Made by a program: the position numbers and the translations under genes. Shown here piece by piece: positions 53,101 to 64,000 of a stretch of 64,000 nt of DNA. Under the pieces are notes generated by a model. It was not told where the DNA came from. It saw only the letters and a list, made by a program, of their open reading frames with translations, and ran no database searches. This DNA is from Zygnema circumcarinatum SAG 698-1b. Lineage: Eukaryota > Plantae > Zygnematophyceae. The stretch lies in NCBI GenBank assembly GCA_037447605.1, contig CM074809.1, positions 1,354,689 to 1,418,688 on the forward strand. Direction: 5' to 3'. Each line of letters opens with the position of its first letter. Within the stretch, counting starts at the first letter, position 1.

Positions 53101-53946
53101 AGTACCTTTTGATCTGGCCCGGGACTTACGTATTATAAATGTCATCGTATGTATTACTTGATTAAGCTCTTCACGCCTTACTTACGCGTCTGCAATGACG
53201 CCGAAGTTCATTGGCGGATCGTAGTAGTTTCTTGATTGAGGTCTTTGATTAATTTAAATTAGTCTTTCTTTGTTAAGAACTGTTGGCTATCTGTCTCCCC
53301 TCTCTCGCAGAAGTCATTGACTTTTGGTGATGGTGAAACGAGGTCAAATCCTTGGAACCATAGCAGCGTCGAAGATTGAGGGCTTACTGAAGCCCGGTCG
53401 GTGTTTTGTGTCACTAATAATTTGGCGCTGGCACAGATGATGTTATTACGGGAAGTGATGGTTAACCATGGTCGAGAGCTCGGATGGATTTTTCGTACAC
53501 TTGTGTTTTCGCGTTGTGGCGTGACGAATAACTTCTAGCGCCCGAACATTACGATTCAGGATCTTTGCTTGGCGATCCCCGTCCTTGCTAGGTGTTGGCC
53601 GTGCGGTTGGCTAAAGGCTGTTAAAGCGGGGATGTATTACCTTGTTTTGGTGAGTCATGGATACCACGGAAGATGTTGTGGCGAGGCAAGTGGCATATCG
53701 CTTTTCTGGATGTGTTGTCACTGTTCGTCGGATCAACCGTTGTTGGATGAATTGAGGATATTTTCATTGACTTACACCTCGAGGGTTGCCTCCGTCCGCG
53801 AGGTGTCGGACATACAATTCCGCTTGGAACTGGGCATGGCGGCAGAGTGGCGTGATTTATCGGTTAAGTCCCGAGGGCCGAGAAGAGATCGTAAGCAACT
53901 CAAGCGAGAGACAAGGTTGGATTGAACCGGCCAGAGAGTCCTTTGG

Positions 53947-54400
53947 GTGCCAGTCCTCTTTGTGGGGAAGAAAGATGGTTCTTTGCGAATGTGCATTGAC
54001 TATCGGGCACTTAACAAGATAACTGTCAAGAATCGGTATGCGTTACCGCGTATTGATGACTTGCTGGACAGATTGCAAGGTGCTCGAGTATTCACATCAC
54101 TCGATCTTGCACAAGGTTATCATCAGATTCGTGTGACGGATGCTGATGTACCTAAGACGGCGTTTCGTACGCCTATCGGTCATTTCCAGTATAAGGTTTT
54201 ACCTTTTGGATTGACTAATGCTCCAGCAACTTTCCAAGCCGTCATGAACGAAATGTTCATTGGCATGGATGACTTTGTTTTGGTGTACCTCGATGATATC
54301 CTCGTCTTTAGTAAGACAGTTGAGGACCATCTTCAACACGTGAGAAGGGTGTTTGAAGTTCTGAGGAAGCATCATTTTTATGCCAAGTGGGAAGAAGTGT
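53947..54400 (+). pseudogene. Ty3/gypsy reverse transcriptase core fragment
   Basis: VLFVGKKDGSLRMCIDYRALNKITVKNRYALPRIDDLLDRLQGARVFTSLDLAQGYHQI...TAFRTPIGHFQYKVLPFGLTNAPATFQ...VLVYLDDILVFS; frameshifts on both sides. Confidence 0.95.
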
Positions 54401-57400
54401 CGCCCAAATGCGGCGTGAAACGCTTTACCTTCAGGCATATCTGGCGAATGATCCGGGGCATTCGGCCGGACGGCTAAGGTGGTTCGCGGTTGAGACATGG
54501 GAATACGGTGATTTCACATCGATTCGCATTTCCTTGGATTTCGCAATTATTTTAAGTAAATTTATTCAAGGGTTTAGCAAACTTGTTACTCCCTTGACAG
54601 ATTTGACACGTGCCGGTGTCACTTACACTTGGACGCCTGAATGCCAGCGGGCCTTTGAGGGTGTTAAGCGTACTATAGTCATGGCGCTGCATTGGTGTTG
54701 GCGGACCTACCCGAAACCCGTATGAAGGGTGGTTTGTGATCGTCGGATTGGCTCACAGGGCGTCTATTCCGGGATGGGCGACCTGCTGCGTCTGAAATTA
54801 AGTAAGATGAACCGACGAAACCTTGGTGATACCACTTGGCCCGAGCAAGAACCACTTTGCATTAATCAGCGCCCTTGAGGGCGTAAGCGGTGTTATTGTT
54901 ACTTAGAGGCTAGCGATTCTGACTTATCGCGCGGATCATCCCGGTATGGCATTCTCTCTCAATGAGGCATTAGTAGCGGCTGGCCTTGGTAGTCAGGATT
55001 CATGGCGATTTGGTATCGGTGAATTACAGCATCGACCCGGGAGGTTGAATGTAAGGACCCGTTGAAGCGGCCCCGATCGCGACATCCCAGCACGGATGGT
55101 AGGTTAAATGCGGCCGGGTGATGGAGAGCGAAGCGGTGAGATGAAGGGGCGGCCCGACCACGATTTTTCACTTCCGGTATGCCTAGCCGTAAACCACACG
55201 CGCGATGGGGCGGTCGACCACTCCTAGCTTCTCTCGATCTCCGAACCCGGATGATTAAAGAGAAATTTATCGCGGTGATCCACTGTTCTTGGATGGCCAA
55301 GGTAGTGGCTATAAGGACAAAGTGGTCTTCACAGCAGAGATGGGTTTTAATCCTTTGGAGACCTTGATTAATTCGTGCCCCAGAGGCCAGGGGTTGTCTG
55401 TATTCGATGCAGTGAGTTCGTGATCCAGCCGTCTGAGAGGTCGTATAGAGGTGCAGGCTTCGTGAGGCCCGGCCTAACAAATTGAGGGATTACGGTGGTA
55501 GGGGCTGCTTGAGGGATGTGAAAGCGTATGTCTTCGCTGTCGAGCTTCAATCAGCGTGATAAAGTGGCCTTGTGGCGGGATTCACGGCGGTGAAACCACT
55601 TGGCGCCTCGCGCCGGAATGGGAGAGTGTTGGCGTGGATTTGATCGGCGATCTTCGCGGCGCTGGCGAGTTTTGAGCTCACGTCTTAGTGTTCGTCGATG
55701 GAATTTCGGCAAGATGATTAGATTTTACACCAATACTTAAGGAAGCGGTGGGGCCCGATGAGATGGCGCGGATATATGTTAATGAAAGTGTAAGGTCTGC
55801 GTGGGCTTGATGAGATTGTTTACATTCGAGATCCAGTTATTTTGGACATTTGCGGAAAGAATTTTCTGAATGCGTGGGTACCCAGCGGTATGATGCGACC
55901 TTCCCGCCCTTAGTGGCCAGCGGCGAGGGCCAGGGCTGAATTGAGAGCCCAGGAATATCTGGAAGATTATCTTGGCGTTATGTGGGACTACGCGCGGATG
56001 TGTGTGGGATCCGGTTAGCTCATTAATTTGAATATACTTGCATTAATAATCGTGCAGTCTATGATGCTACTTTCAGGTTTCTTTGAATTTTGAATTGGCA
56101 TCCTACAAATCCCCTGCGGTAGAAGGATCAATCCCTTCGGTGGCACGTGGGTGTCCACGAAATCGATCGCTTGGTGTGCGAGGCTGGTGGGGGCTATTTT
56201 CTGGATTCTGCTTTTTGTCCGATTGATGTCGAGGTCGCACTACTTGTGGTAGCCGGACCTATAGCGGCCAAGTAAAACAGTCATTATCTTGTCCCTGGCC
56301 AATTCAACTTCATTTTATTGAGGGAGATGAAGTTTTTTGTTGATGCCATTAAATGCTTAAACTCAAAGAGCACATGAAAAGCTGGCGCCCGTAAGTTATT
56401 AGCGGCGTTATGTGGGGGCCTTTTAAAGGAAGTAAATTGGCTAGCATTAAGAGGTAAGGCACGAGGTTGGATTTACGGCCAATATGAAAGGTAAATCCGG
56501 TATTCAGTAATGAAAATTAGCCAAAGGCTTACGGCAGCGGCGGGAAAGAGGATCTGACTTTCCCTCTGCGCGGTGGAGATTGAAGGCGACGCTTGAGTAT
56601 GAGGTTGAAGCGTTCAAAGCATGGCGTATTCTGGCGTGACCACTGGGCGTCTTCGTAGTGATCTTATGGTATCCACTTCAAATGCGCTATGGATAGGTTA
56701 GAGACATTTGCCCGAAACCCTATGAGAGGAGTCTTGAAACGGTTGAAAAGGTTGGAGTTGGTTGGTGGGTTATCGATGCGTCACAGGTATGCAGACCTTG
56801 CATTATCTGAATCCGCTGACGAAGGCCAACGCCGCCGCGAAATCAGCCCAGCGCCCATTTCAGCACAGCGCGACGCGGAAGGCGCGGCATGCTGTGAAAT
56901 GCAGAAATGCATGCTTGTATGCGGGCAATTTGGCGAATACAGCTACAGCCGAGCTTTTAGCGTCGCCCGGCTAACGCGGCAACATGGCTAGCATACCAGC
57001 AGCGCCCCCGTGAATCTTGGCGAAGACGCGAGGCTGTCACCAGCCGATCGCTTCGGCTAAGGATCTCGCCCAGCGAACTCGATTAGGCGTCCGGCTCCCG
57101 GTCACTCCATCTTTGGTAGGGGTTGAAGGGGCTTAGAAATTTCGCGCGGGATGGAAGACATCCAGAAACAACTGTGCAGCGGTGTTCGCGGCTCTCTCTT
57201 CTATAGCAGCGCTTAGGCTACCAGGCGGCTTGCGAAGGCGAGGTTATTCACATGGCTCAGCCGAGCGATGCAAAAGAATTAGCGAATCCATGCGAAATAT
57301 ACCGTAAAGTAGTTGGTATAAGAAGGTTGAGCATAATCTTGGGAGAAAAGGCAAACGACCAGTGCGAGAGCTCCGCGGTTATGTGTGGGGCTGGCGGGCG

Positions 57401-57951
57401 GCCCGTGAAGGCTGTGGCCCATTTGAGCGGGGGTTCACAGGCGTCTTAGCCTTGGCTTCCGGGCCGGGGGAGGCAGTAGGGATTATCGGTGAGCACTCCA
57501 TGCATTAAAGCTGAGTTCGGCAGCGTGTGCGTCAAAGCTGCCGAAGGCTGGCTTTTGAGAGCGATTTACCTGCGTGAGCGAGGGCGTTAGCGCTACCAGC
57601 GTGGGGGGTAATGTAGCGGCGAAACTATTCTGAGACACGCGGTGCCGCCGGCGTCGAGGATCTCCGTGCGGTTGAGCCCGTCACCGGGCCATCACATGCA
57701 ATTATGCGGTACGCCCATCTGGATCCATTACCGCCCACGTCGCAGACGTCGCGGACGGCGGTCTGGCGTCGCGCGTCGCGTTCCCGAAGATGGAAACAGC
57801 GACGCGACCCGCTTTCCGGTCGCTATCTGGTGGCGTCTTCCTTTACGGTCGCGCGTGGGAATATCGCGGTGACGTGACGGCCTCTATCCTCTAGCCCAAC
57901 GTGGACGACCGATTAGCCCGTGGCGTAAGCGCCGTTAAATTTATGCTCACA

Positions 57952-58080
57952 GGAGGGAGGGAGGGAGGGAGGGAGGGAGGGAGGGAGGGAGGGAGGGAGG
58001 GAGGGAGGGAGGGAGGAGGGAGGGAGGAGGAGGGAGGGAGGAGGGAGGGAGGGAGGGAGGGAGGGAGGGAGGGAGGAGGG
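57952..58080. repeat. (GGAG)n polypurine tract inside the putative 3' LTR
   Basis: ggagggagggaggg..., about 130 bp. Confidence 0.92.
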
Positions 58081-60271
58081 CCGCGTCGCGAGCAACAGCG
58101 CGCCGTAGATAGCATTGCAGCGCGACAATATTTTATTGCTCGGCGTTGTGGGGGTTCCTTAATATCAGGAGGCTGAATAGTGTAGAAAATGCGAATCTTT
58201 GCTTGCGGCCTCGATTTTAAATGGCGAGGCGTGTTGACGCTCAGCGTGCGCTTTCCGGCCATAAGCGCGTCCCATGCCCGTATTACAATATTCCCTGTTC
58301 CTGCTTGTGAGCAGTTCGTGCGATGCAGCGTCGCGAGAAGTCGCGGCGTGGGGAGTTTAGAGCGTAATGGCATTTACGTGAAGCATGTTGAACATGAGGC
58401 AGACTCTTGTGAAGGTGACACGCGGTTGGTTGTGCCGTCATGTAATTTCTCGGAGTCGCCACTGGAGTGCGTGGTTAATTAGGGGATTTAGTCGCCGAGT
58501 TAGCCATCCTTGAGGCTTATTTCGCGGTGTTACTCAGCGTTGGATACCCGCAGCTGGCGGTTCGCTTGACCCGCCACTACCGCTGCTTGGAGGCCCGTCT
58601 TTTCGAGCGGCGGCGTATGAGGAAGCTGCCAGCGTGCCGCCCGGCGGCAGATCGGCGGCGGGGCACCGCCTCACTTCCGCGCCATAGCGTCCTCCCTCCC
58701 TTAGGGCTTCGCCTCGAGGACCATCTTTGCACCTGCGCACGCGGTTATGTCCCTCAATCCTACGCGCGAGGAGGGCAGGCAGGTCATGCTGTCAGGAGGT
58801 GGGTGCCTCCTTCAGGTTTTGTAAAGCTGTTCGTTTTTGAAGGTTGAATACGAAAAATACACACGAGTTTCAGATTTTTGTTTTTTCCCACCTCACTGGC
58901 CAGTCCCCCCCTACATTAAAATCCTGGATCCGCCCCCGGTCACAGCGGCCAGACAGGCAGGCAGGCCACGGGCGGGTCCGTTTGGTGTTTTGTAAAGTCC
59001 ATGCATGCCCCGTCGGGTGCGCAGGCCGGCCCACCCGCGCGGTCTTTCTACAGCATGTCTGGTACCGAGCACACGCCGCCAAACTAGCGCACACACACAG
59101 CTTGCTCGCTTGCAGCTTCAAGGGCTCGAACTCGGGTCTCCTCTGCACTTGCAGGTGACGGAGTTTGTCCACTAGAGACGACTGATTGACTGAATGAGTG
59201 CTGTGGAGGCCTCGATCTTAGTGAGTCACGTCGCTACGGTTTCGGCATCACGAGACAACAGGCCGAACGGAGCTCCGCGGGTGGGTAGGCCGCGCACTGC
59301 CGCTGCGCTGTTACCATGCGCATTCTCTCTCTCTATCTCTCTCACTCGCCCCCTCTCTCGGCCCCCCTTCTCCTCACTCCGCCCCCTCTCTCTCCTCCCC
59401 ATCTCTGTTCCCCCGCCCTCTCTTTTCCCCCCTCTCTCTCTCTCTCCACCCCCGCCCCTCTCGCTCTCCCTCCCCCCCTCTCTCTCTCCCCGTCCGCACG
59501 CCCGCGCGTGCGGACCAGGCGCGTTGACCAACGTCTCCCAATTGCAGCCCGCCACGTTCCGCCTCGATGCCGCGCGCGACCCGCCGTGACCGCCGCTCGA
59601 GGGCCGGCGCTGAGATTGCGGCGAATCGGCGGCCGCCACGTTGCGATCACAGTGGATAACCTGGCCCGATGGACGCCACGTGGCGATTTAACTTCGCCCT
59701 GCAACGCGCCATCTGGCCGTCCATCCCTCCACGTTGCGAAGGCCGGCCGGGCGGGCAGCTTCGAGGAGACTGCGCTGAGAAAAACCGTTCACATAAGGCC
59801 GTTCTCCAATCACGCTTCGCCACGTGGTGGCAGCCGAGAATCAGTCCAATCTCGGCGCCGGCTCGCGCGCTAGGTCCGAGGACCGAGTGCCCAACGCGCC
59901 GCCAGGTGGCGCCCATTCGTACGGTACGGTACGGTACGGAACCGAAAACCAGACAGGTTGGGAAAAAGAGAATTTAAAGATTCGAGGGTTTACTTTCTAA
60001 AAGCAAATTTTCTGACAAACAAAGAAGTTGTATTTAAGTCAACTTAATTGAGTTTGATGCTCGACAGGAACCCTGTACAAAACCAGTTGAACATTGAACA
60101 ATTAGCTACAGGTCGTGGTCAACTTGAGTTTTCTTCGCATCCGTGGATCAACAAGGAGATTTTAGCAAATCTCAATTCCGCGATGACCACGTTGAACGCG
60201 TTGGTCCACGCGCTTTCAAATTTTGCTCGCCTTGGAAAATCTGGTACTGATTCGTACCACCAAAAGCTGTA

Positions 60272-61173
60272 GGGTAACTCTACTGCACCCCTGCGTTTTG
60301 TCTTTCGCACCCCCGTTTTGAAAATTTTGCCTGCCCGTTTTGGTTACCCCCCAGTTTTGAATATTTCGGTAAAAAATCTTTTTCCCGCCCCTTTCGCCCC
60401 CTCCGCTGCCCCCCCTCGAACCATTGCGGTTGCAAAACCCTCACCCGGTTATGAAGGAACGAGGTCGACCTTCTGGCGCGCGCAGTTTGGCAATCAGCCG
60501 GGACAAGAGCTATTTCGAGTACGTTGAAGGGAAAAAATGTTCCAATTGCAAACAAGCAGGCCACAATTTAAGATCTTGCCTTAATTAGGGGTAACCTGAA
60601 AACAAAGAGTAACAGTTGCCCAACATTGGTGACCTTTGCAGGGTTGTTTAAGGTTGCGTTTTTGTATTTAAGCTTAGTTTAATTTAGTTTTTTGTTCCTA
60701 GTTTTTTTATTTTGTGCTTGTTTCATTTGCGACTAATTTCTTGTGGTTCCTATGTTGACTTTGTCCATGTTTATTCGATGGCCTCACCATCTTGAGACCA
60801 ATGCAAATCCCCTTTTCTTTTGTCGCACATTGTTGGAAGTCAATAGTGAAAAGGAGAAAACGAGGGGATGGAATGTCCAAAAAATGATGAGGAGGGGGAA
60901 TGAAACAAACAGGCTTCCTATAAAGTTCGAACTCGGCACATCCCGGTACCAACCCATAAACACTACCGTTAAAGGGCAACCGTGGATATAAACGAACGAC
61001 CATACATTTAAGTTTATAGCGTTTCGCAACAGGGGCCAGCGGAGGGGACGAAAGGGGCGGGAAAAAGATTTTTTCCCGAAATATTCAAAACTGGGGGGTA
61101 ACCAAAACGGGCAGGCAGAATTTTCAAAACGGGGGTGCGAAAGACAAAACGCGGGGGTGCAGTAGAGTTACCC
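60272..61173. mobile_element. Non-autonomous Mutator-like element (MULE/MITE), 902 bp, ~140-bp TIRs, 9-bp TSD
   Basis: Left end GGGTAACTCTACTGCACCCCTGCGTTTTGTCTTTCGCACCCCCG...; right end ...CGGGGGTGCGAAAGACAAAACGCGGGGGTGCAGTAGAGTTACCC. TSD AAAGCTGTA at 60263-60271 and 61174-61182. Internal CSNCKQAGHNLRSC (CX2CX4HX4C) at 60538-60579. Confidence 0.93.
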
Positions 61174-61392
61174 AAAGCTGTACAGTACTGTACGGCAAAT
61201 ATTGCGCTGAAGGTACTGTACTGTAAATTCTTACATTGCCCGAATCCTACGTGGCAAGATTTCGATTTCACAGGTGTGAGACAACACTTGATCTTGTTCA
61301 ATTCCGCACACGCAACCAATTCCGACCGCCACTACCCAACGTTGAACTGGACTGAAACATTTGAAAATCTTCAAATTTTATTGAAGTCGTCG

Positions 61393-62478
61393 AATTTACA
61401 CACCTTTTTCGGTTAGATTCGCACCATTAAAAAATTAGACTGACAAATCCACTTTTTTTTTGGATCGATACACTTCTTTTTTTCCGGGCAGATTTTAGAA
61501 TAGGGAAAAAAGGAAAAACGGAAAGGCAAATGATACCCCGCCTAATAATTTGGATATCCCGCGTTTTTTTTTTGAGTGAAAAAAATATCGGCCTGCCCGA
61601 ATCCGCTCGGAGCGGAAGATCCGTCCGCCACGAGATCGGTCGCGGTCGTGCGTCCTTCACACGCGTGGTGAATCGCAGCCGTCGATTATTTCACATATCG
61701 CACCATGGCGGATCACCCTTCGATCTGCAGCCGAGCTTGGTTCAAGCAAATGCTACGCGCCCACGTGTCCCCCCCAAGCACCTGCGAGTGCGTTCGTCCC
61801 TCGGCCCGAGATCTCCGCAAAATTATGAGCTGGACCGGCCAGCCTGCAGCGCCTCGCCATTTGACAACTGGCAGCCAATCCTCATCTGCCCACGTTATCT
61901 TTTGTATGGCGTGGCAGCTCGTGATTGTTCCAGTCTCTCAATGAAATACTTTTTGTACGGTATATCGCCTTTCCTCGAAGGTGAGACCGTACGATGTTTG
62001 TACGAACCAACTTTTGAACCGGCTTTGGCGGGTCCTGTGGGCGCGTGCCATTCGCTGGGACCGAGCCCGGCCTGCAGATCCAACGGTGATCTGCTGTTTG
62101 ACAATCTGTGAGGGAATCGAAGGCTGAGATTCACCGTACGTGTGAAGGACGCACATCCGCGACCGATCTCGTGGCGGACGGATCTTCCGCTCCGAGCGGA
62201 TTCGGGCAGGCCGATATTTTTTTTTCTCAAAAAATTATTCGGCGGGAAATCCCAAAATGGGGAGGCGGGGTACCATTTGCCTTCCCGTTTTTAATACTTT
62301 TTTGTCGATTCTAAAAATCTGCCCGGCGAAAAAAGAAGTGTATCGATCACTAAAAAGACGTGGATTTATCAGTTTTCCCAAAAAAAAAAAAACCCCGAAA
62401 TCTGAAAGAACCCTAAAATAAAATCTGACCGGCGAAAAAATGTGCGAATCTAGCCCAAAAATGTGTGTAAATAGACCC
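61393..62478. mobile_element. Foldback/long-TIR non-autonomous DNA element (~370-440 bp imperfect arms, ~270 bp spacer)
   Basis: 61575-61690 is near-identical to the reverse complement of 62113-62228 (AATATCGGCCTGCCCGAATCCGCTCGGAGCGGAAGATCCGTCCGCCACGAGATCGGTCGCGG). The match extends inward (GATCTGCAG..CGCGCCCAC) and outward (ATTTACACAC..TAGATTCGCAC). No convincing TSD. Confidence 0.8.
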
Positions 62479-62687
62479 CGAGTAAGAAAAAAAAAAGTTC
62501 AATTGCTCAAGCAAGTTTGAATTTTACTGTTGCAGACACGCCGACCGCACGTGTGGCTGCCGCCCGGCCCATGGGACCAGCGGGGACCGGCCGGTCGGTC
62601 AGCGGGGACATCCTCTTTCGCGCTCACCGGCGGCAGCACTCAAACGCAGGCTCCAAGACTCTCGCCGTCGCCCTCAGCTCTGCGGCC

Positions 62688-63811
62688 ATGGCAGCTGCTG
62701 CGGCCCTGAGACCGTCCGCCATGAAGAAGTCCCTGCTCCTCCTGCTGGGTGCCACCATGGCGCTGCTGCACGCGCTCCCTGCAGAAGCTGTCCGCACGAG
62801 CTTTGCGCTGCGGGAGAGGCGTCTCGCCGAAGTGGCCGCGACGTGCCCGCAGGCCGCGCTGGACCTGTGCAGCTTCTACTTCGAAGGCTACGAGGAGGCA
62901 CCTCCTGTGATCGATCTGGATGGCGCGCCGGACCAAGCAGTGGGGCCCGCCTTGATGGCGAAGGACGCAAGCTTGGGGGAGGGCGTGCCGGCGGTGGTGG
63001 CCAGCACGGGCGAGGCGAAGTCTCTATGCGGCAGCGAGGCTAGCCTCGGCAATCAGTTCTACATCACGGGACAGCCCTCATACCTCCACATTCGTACCTT
63101 CAACCAGGTAATTCCTCTTCCTCCTCCTCCCTCCTCTTCCTCCTTCTCCATCCTCCTCCTCCTCCTCCTCCTCCTCCACTTCCTCCTGCCCTTCTTCCTC
63201 CTCCACCTCCTCCGCCTTCTCACTTCTTCCATTCTTCCCACCTCCTCGTTCCTGAGCCCCTCCTGCATATCACTGAATATTTTTTTTCCATGGCGGACGG
63301 CTTGCGAAAGTGCAGCCCCCGAAGTCTGCCTTCGAGAGCAAGTGCGTGCTCCTTCCCCTCAGAGGAGTGCGCGTAGGCTGGCTCAACCTGAACCCTGGCG
63401 ACGCCAACCAGGCGGCCTTCCCCGAGGCGCGCCGCTGCGTCGTCTTCTCCACCGGTCCCTCGCCCGCCTGCGGACAGCTCTCGCCCTCCGCACCTTCCCC
63501 TCTCCCTTCCCCTCCCGCTCCTCTCCCTCCTCTTCCGCAGCCTATCCTTGCCCCCTCTCCCACCTCTTTTCCAATTTCCACACCCCCCGCCCCTCCCACA
63601 AACCTTCCCACTCCCGCTCCTTCGCCCTCCGACACCCCCTCGTCGAGCCCGTTCTCCGCGATTTTTGCATTTGGGGACAGTACGCTTGACATAGGAAACA
63701 ACAACGATATAGTCGGCAGTCCGTATAAAGTGAACTTCCTGCCATACGACATTGACTACATTCCCGCCAGCGGCCGCTTCACCAACGGAAAGGGCTTCGT
63801 GGACCTGCTTG
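62688..63811 (+). CDS. Secreted GDSL (SGNH) esterase/lipase preceded by an unannotated Cys-containing domain and a Pro-rich linker; 5' part only, continues past the window
   Basis: GCCATGG start; signal KKSLLLLLGATMALLHALPAEA. Exon 1 ends at 63107 (CAG|gtaatt). Exon 2 from 63316 reads PPKSAFESKCVLLPLRGVRVGWLNLNPG...CVVFSTG, then PSPLPSPPAPLPP...PSDTPSSS, then PFSAIFAFGDSTLDIGNNN...VNFLPYDIDYIPASGRFTNGKGFVDLL|gt (GDSL block I and GRF.NG). Confidence 0.88.
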
Positions 63812-64000
63812 GTGCGCGCAACAAATGGCTTTTTGATGTTCTATTGGCTTTCGTGCTTGATTGCTTTATTTTGTCTTGTCCTTTTCCTTACTCTCTGTTG
63901 TGCGTGCCTGCCTTTGCGGCTGCCCCTGCTCCACTTTTGGAGTTGCTGAAAAATCGCCTCGTTTCCTTGCTCTGTGGCGACTTTATAACAGTGGAGCTCT

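Larger units (their letters stand above)
50175..58800 (+). mobile_element. Degenerate, near full-length Ty3/gypsy element of the same family (PBS-like - gag - RT - RNase H - integrase - PPT - 3' LTR); outer limits approximate
   Basis: ...GTGACA then PBS-like TGGTATCCATGAGC (~50610; compare the Met-i PBS TGGTATCAGAGC). Gag knuckle relic KKEGRCLECLEA (~52510-52550). Intact RT core 53947-54400. Segments shared with the minus copy, e.g. TTTATTGAGGGAGATGAAGTTTT (56314 vs ~48310 rc) and GCCGATGAGATGGC.CGGAT.TATGTT. PPT GTGGGGGGTAA (57601-57611) then TGTAGCGG LTR start at 57612. Confidence 0.8.

Overview
Eukaryotic, intron-rich, plant-lineage genomic DNA. It is probably a streptophyte alga such as a zygnematophyte (inferred from gene content and abundant (GGAG)n/(CCTC)n tracts, not proven). 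Nine protein-coding loci can be assembled by hand from spliced exons: F-box/LRR protein (-, 3' end runs off the window), OXA2/ALB3-like insertase with C-terminal TPRs (+), hydroxypyruvate reductase HPR1 (+), PTC7-type PP2C phosphatase (+), LRR/proline-rich receptor-like kinase (+), DUF3754 protein (-), BORCS5/LOH1CR12-like protein (+), geranylgeranyl diphosphate synthase (-), and a secreted GDSL esterase with an extra N-terminal domain (+, runs off the window). From 47.3 to 58.8 kb lie two degenerate copies of one Ty3/gypsy chromovirus family, pointing outward from a 100-N scaffold gap. Upstream of the GDSL gene are two TIR elements: a 902-bp non-autonomous Mutator element (9-bp TSD, relic CCHC knuckle) and a ~1.1-kb foldback element. 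The main unexplained structures are: a 38-bp MYB-site + G-box tandem array next to a degenerate TTTAGGG tract in a divergent promoter; G-boxes upstream of essentially every gene, including seven perfect GCCACGTGGC palindromes; a frame-preserving Met/Pro repeat; and the unannotated N-terminal domain of the GDSL protein. No rRNA, tRNA or CRISPR was recognised. Exon boundaries were read by eye, and some gene ends are approximate.
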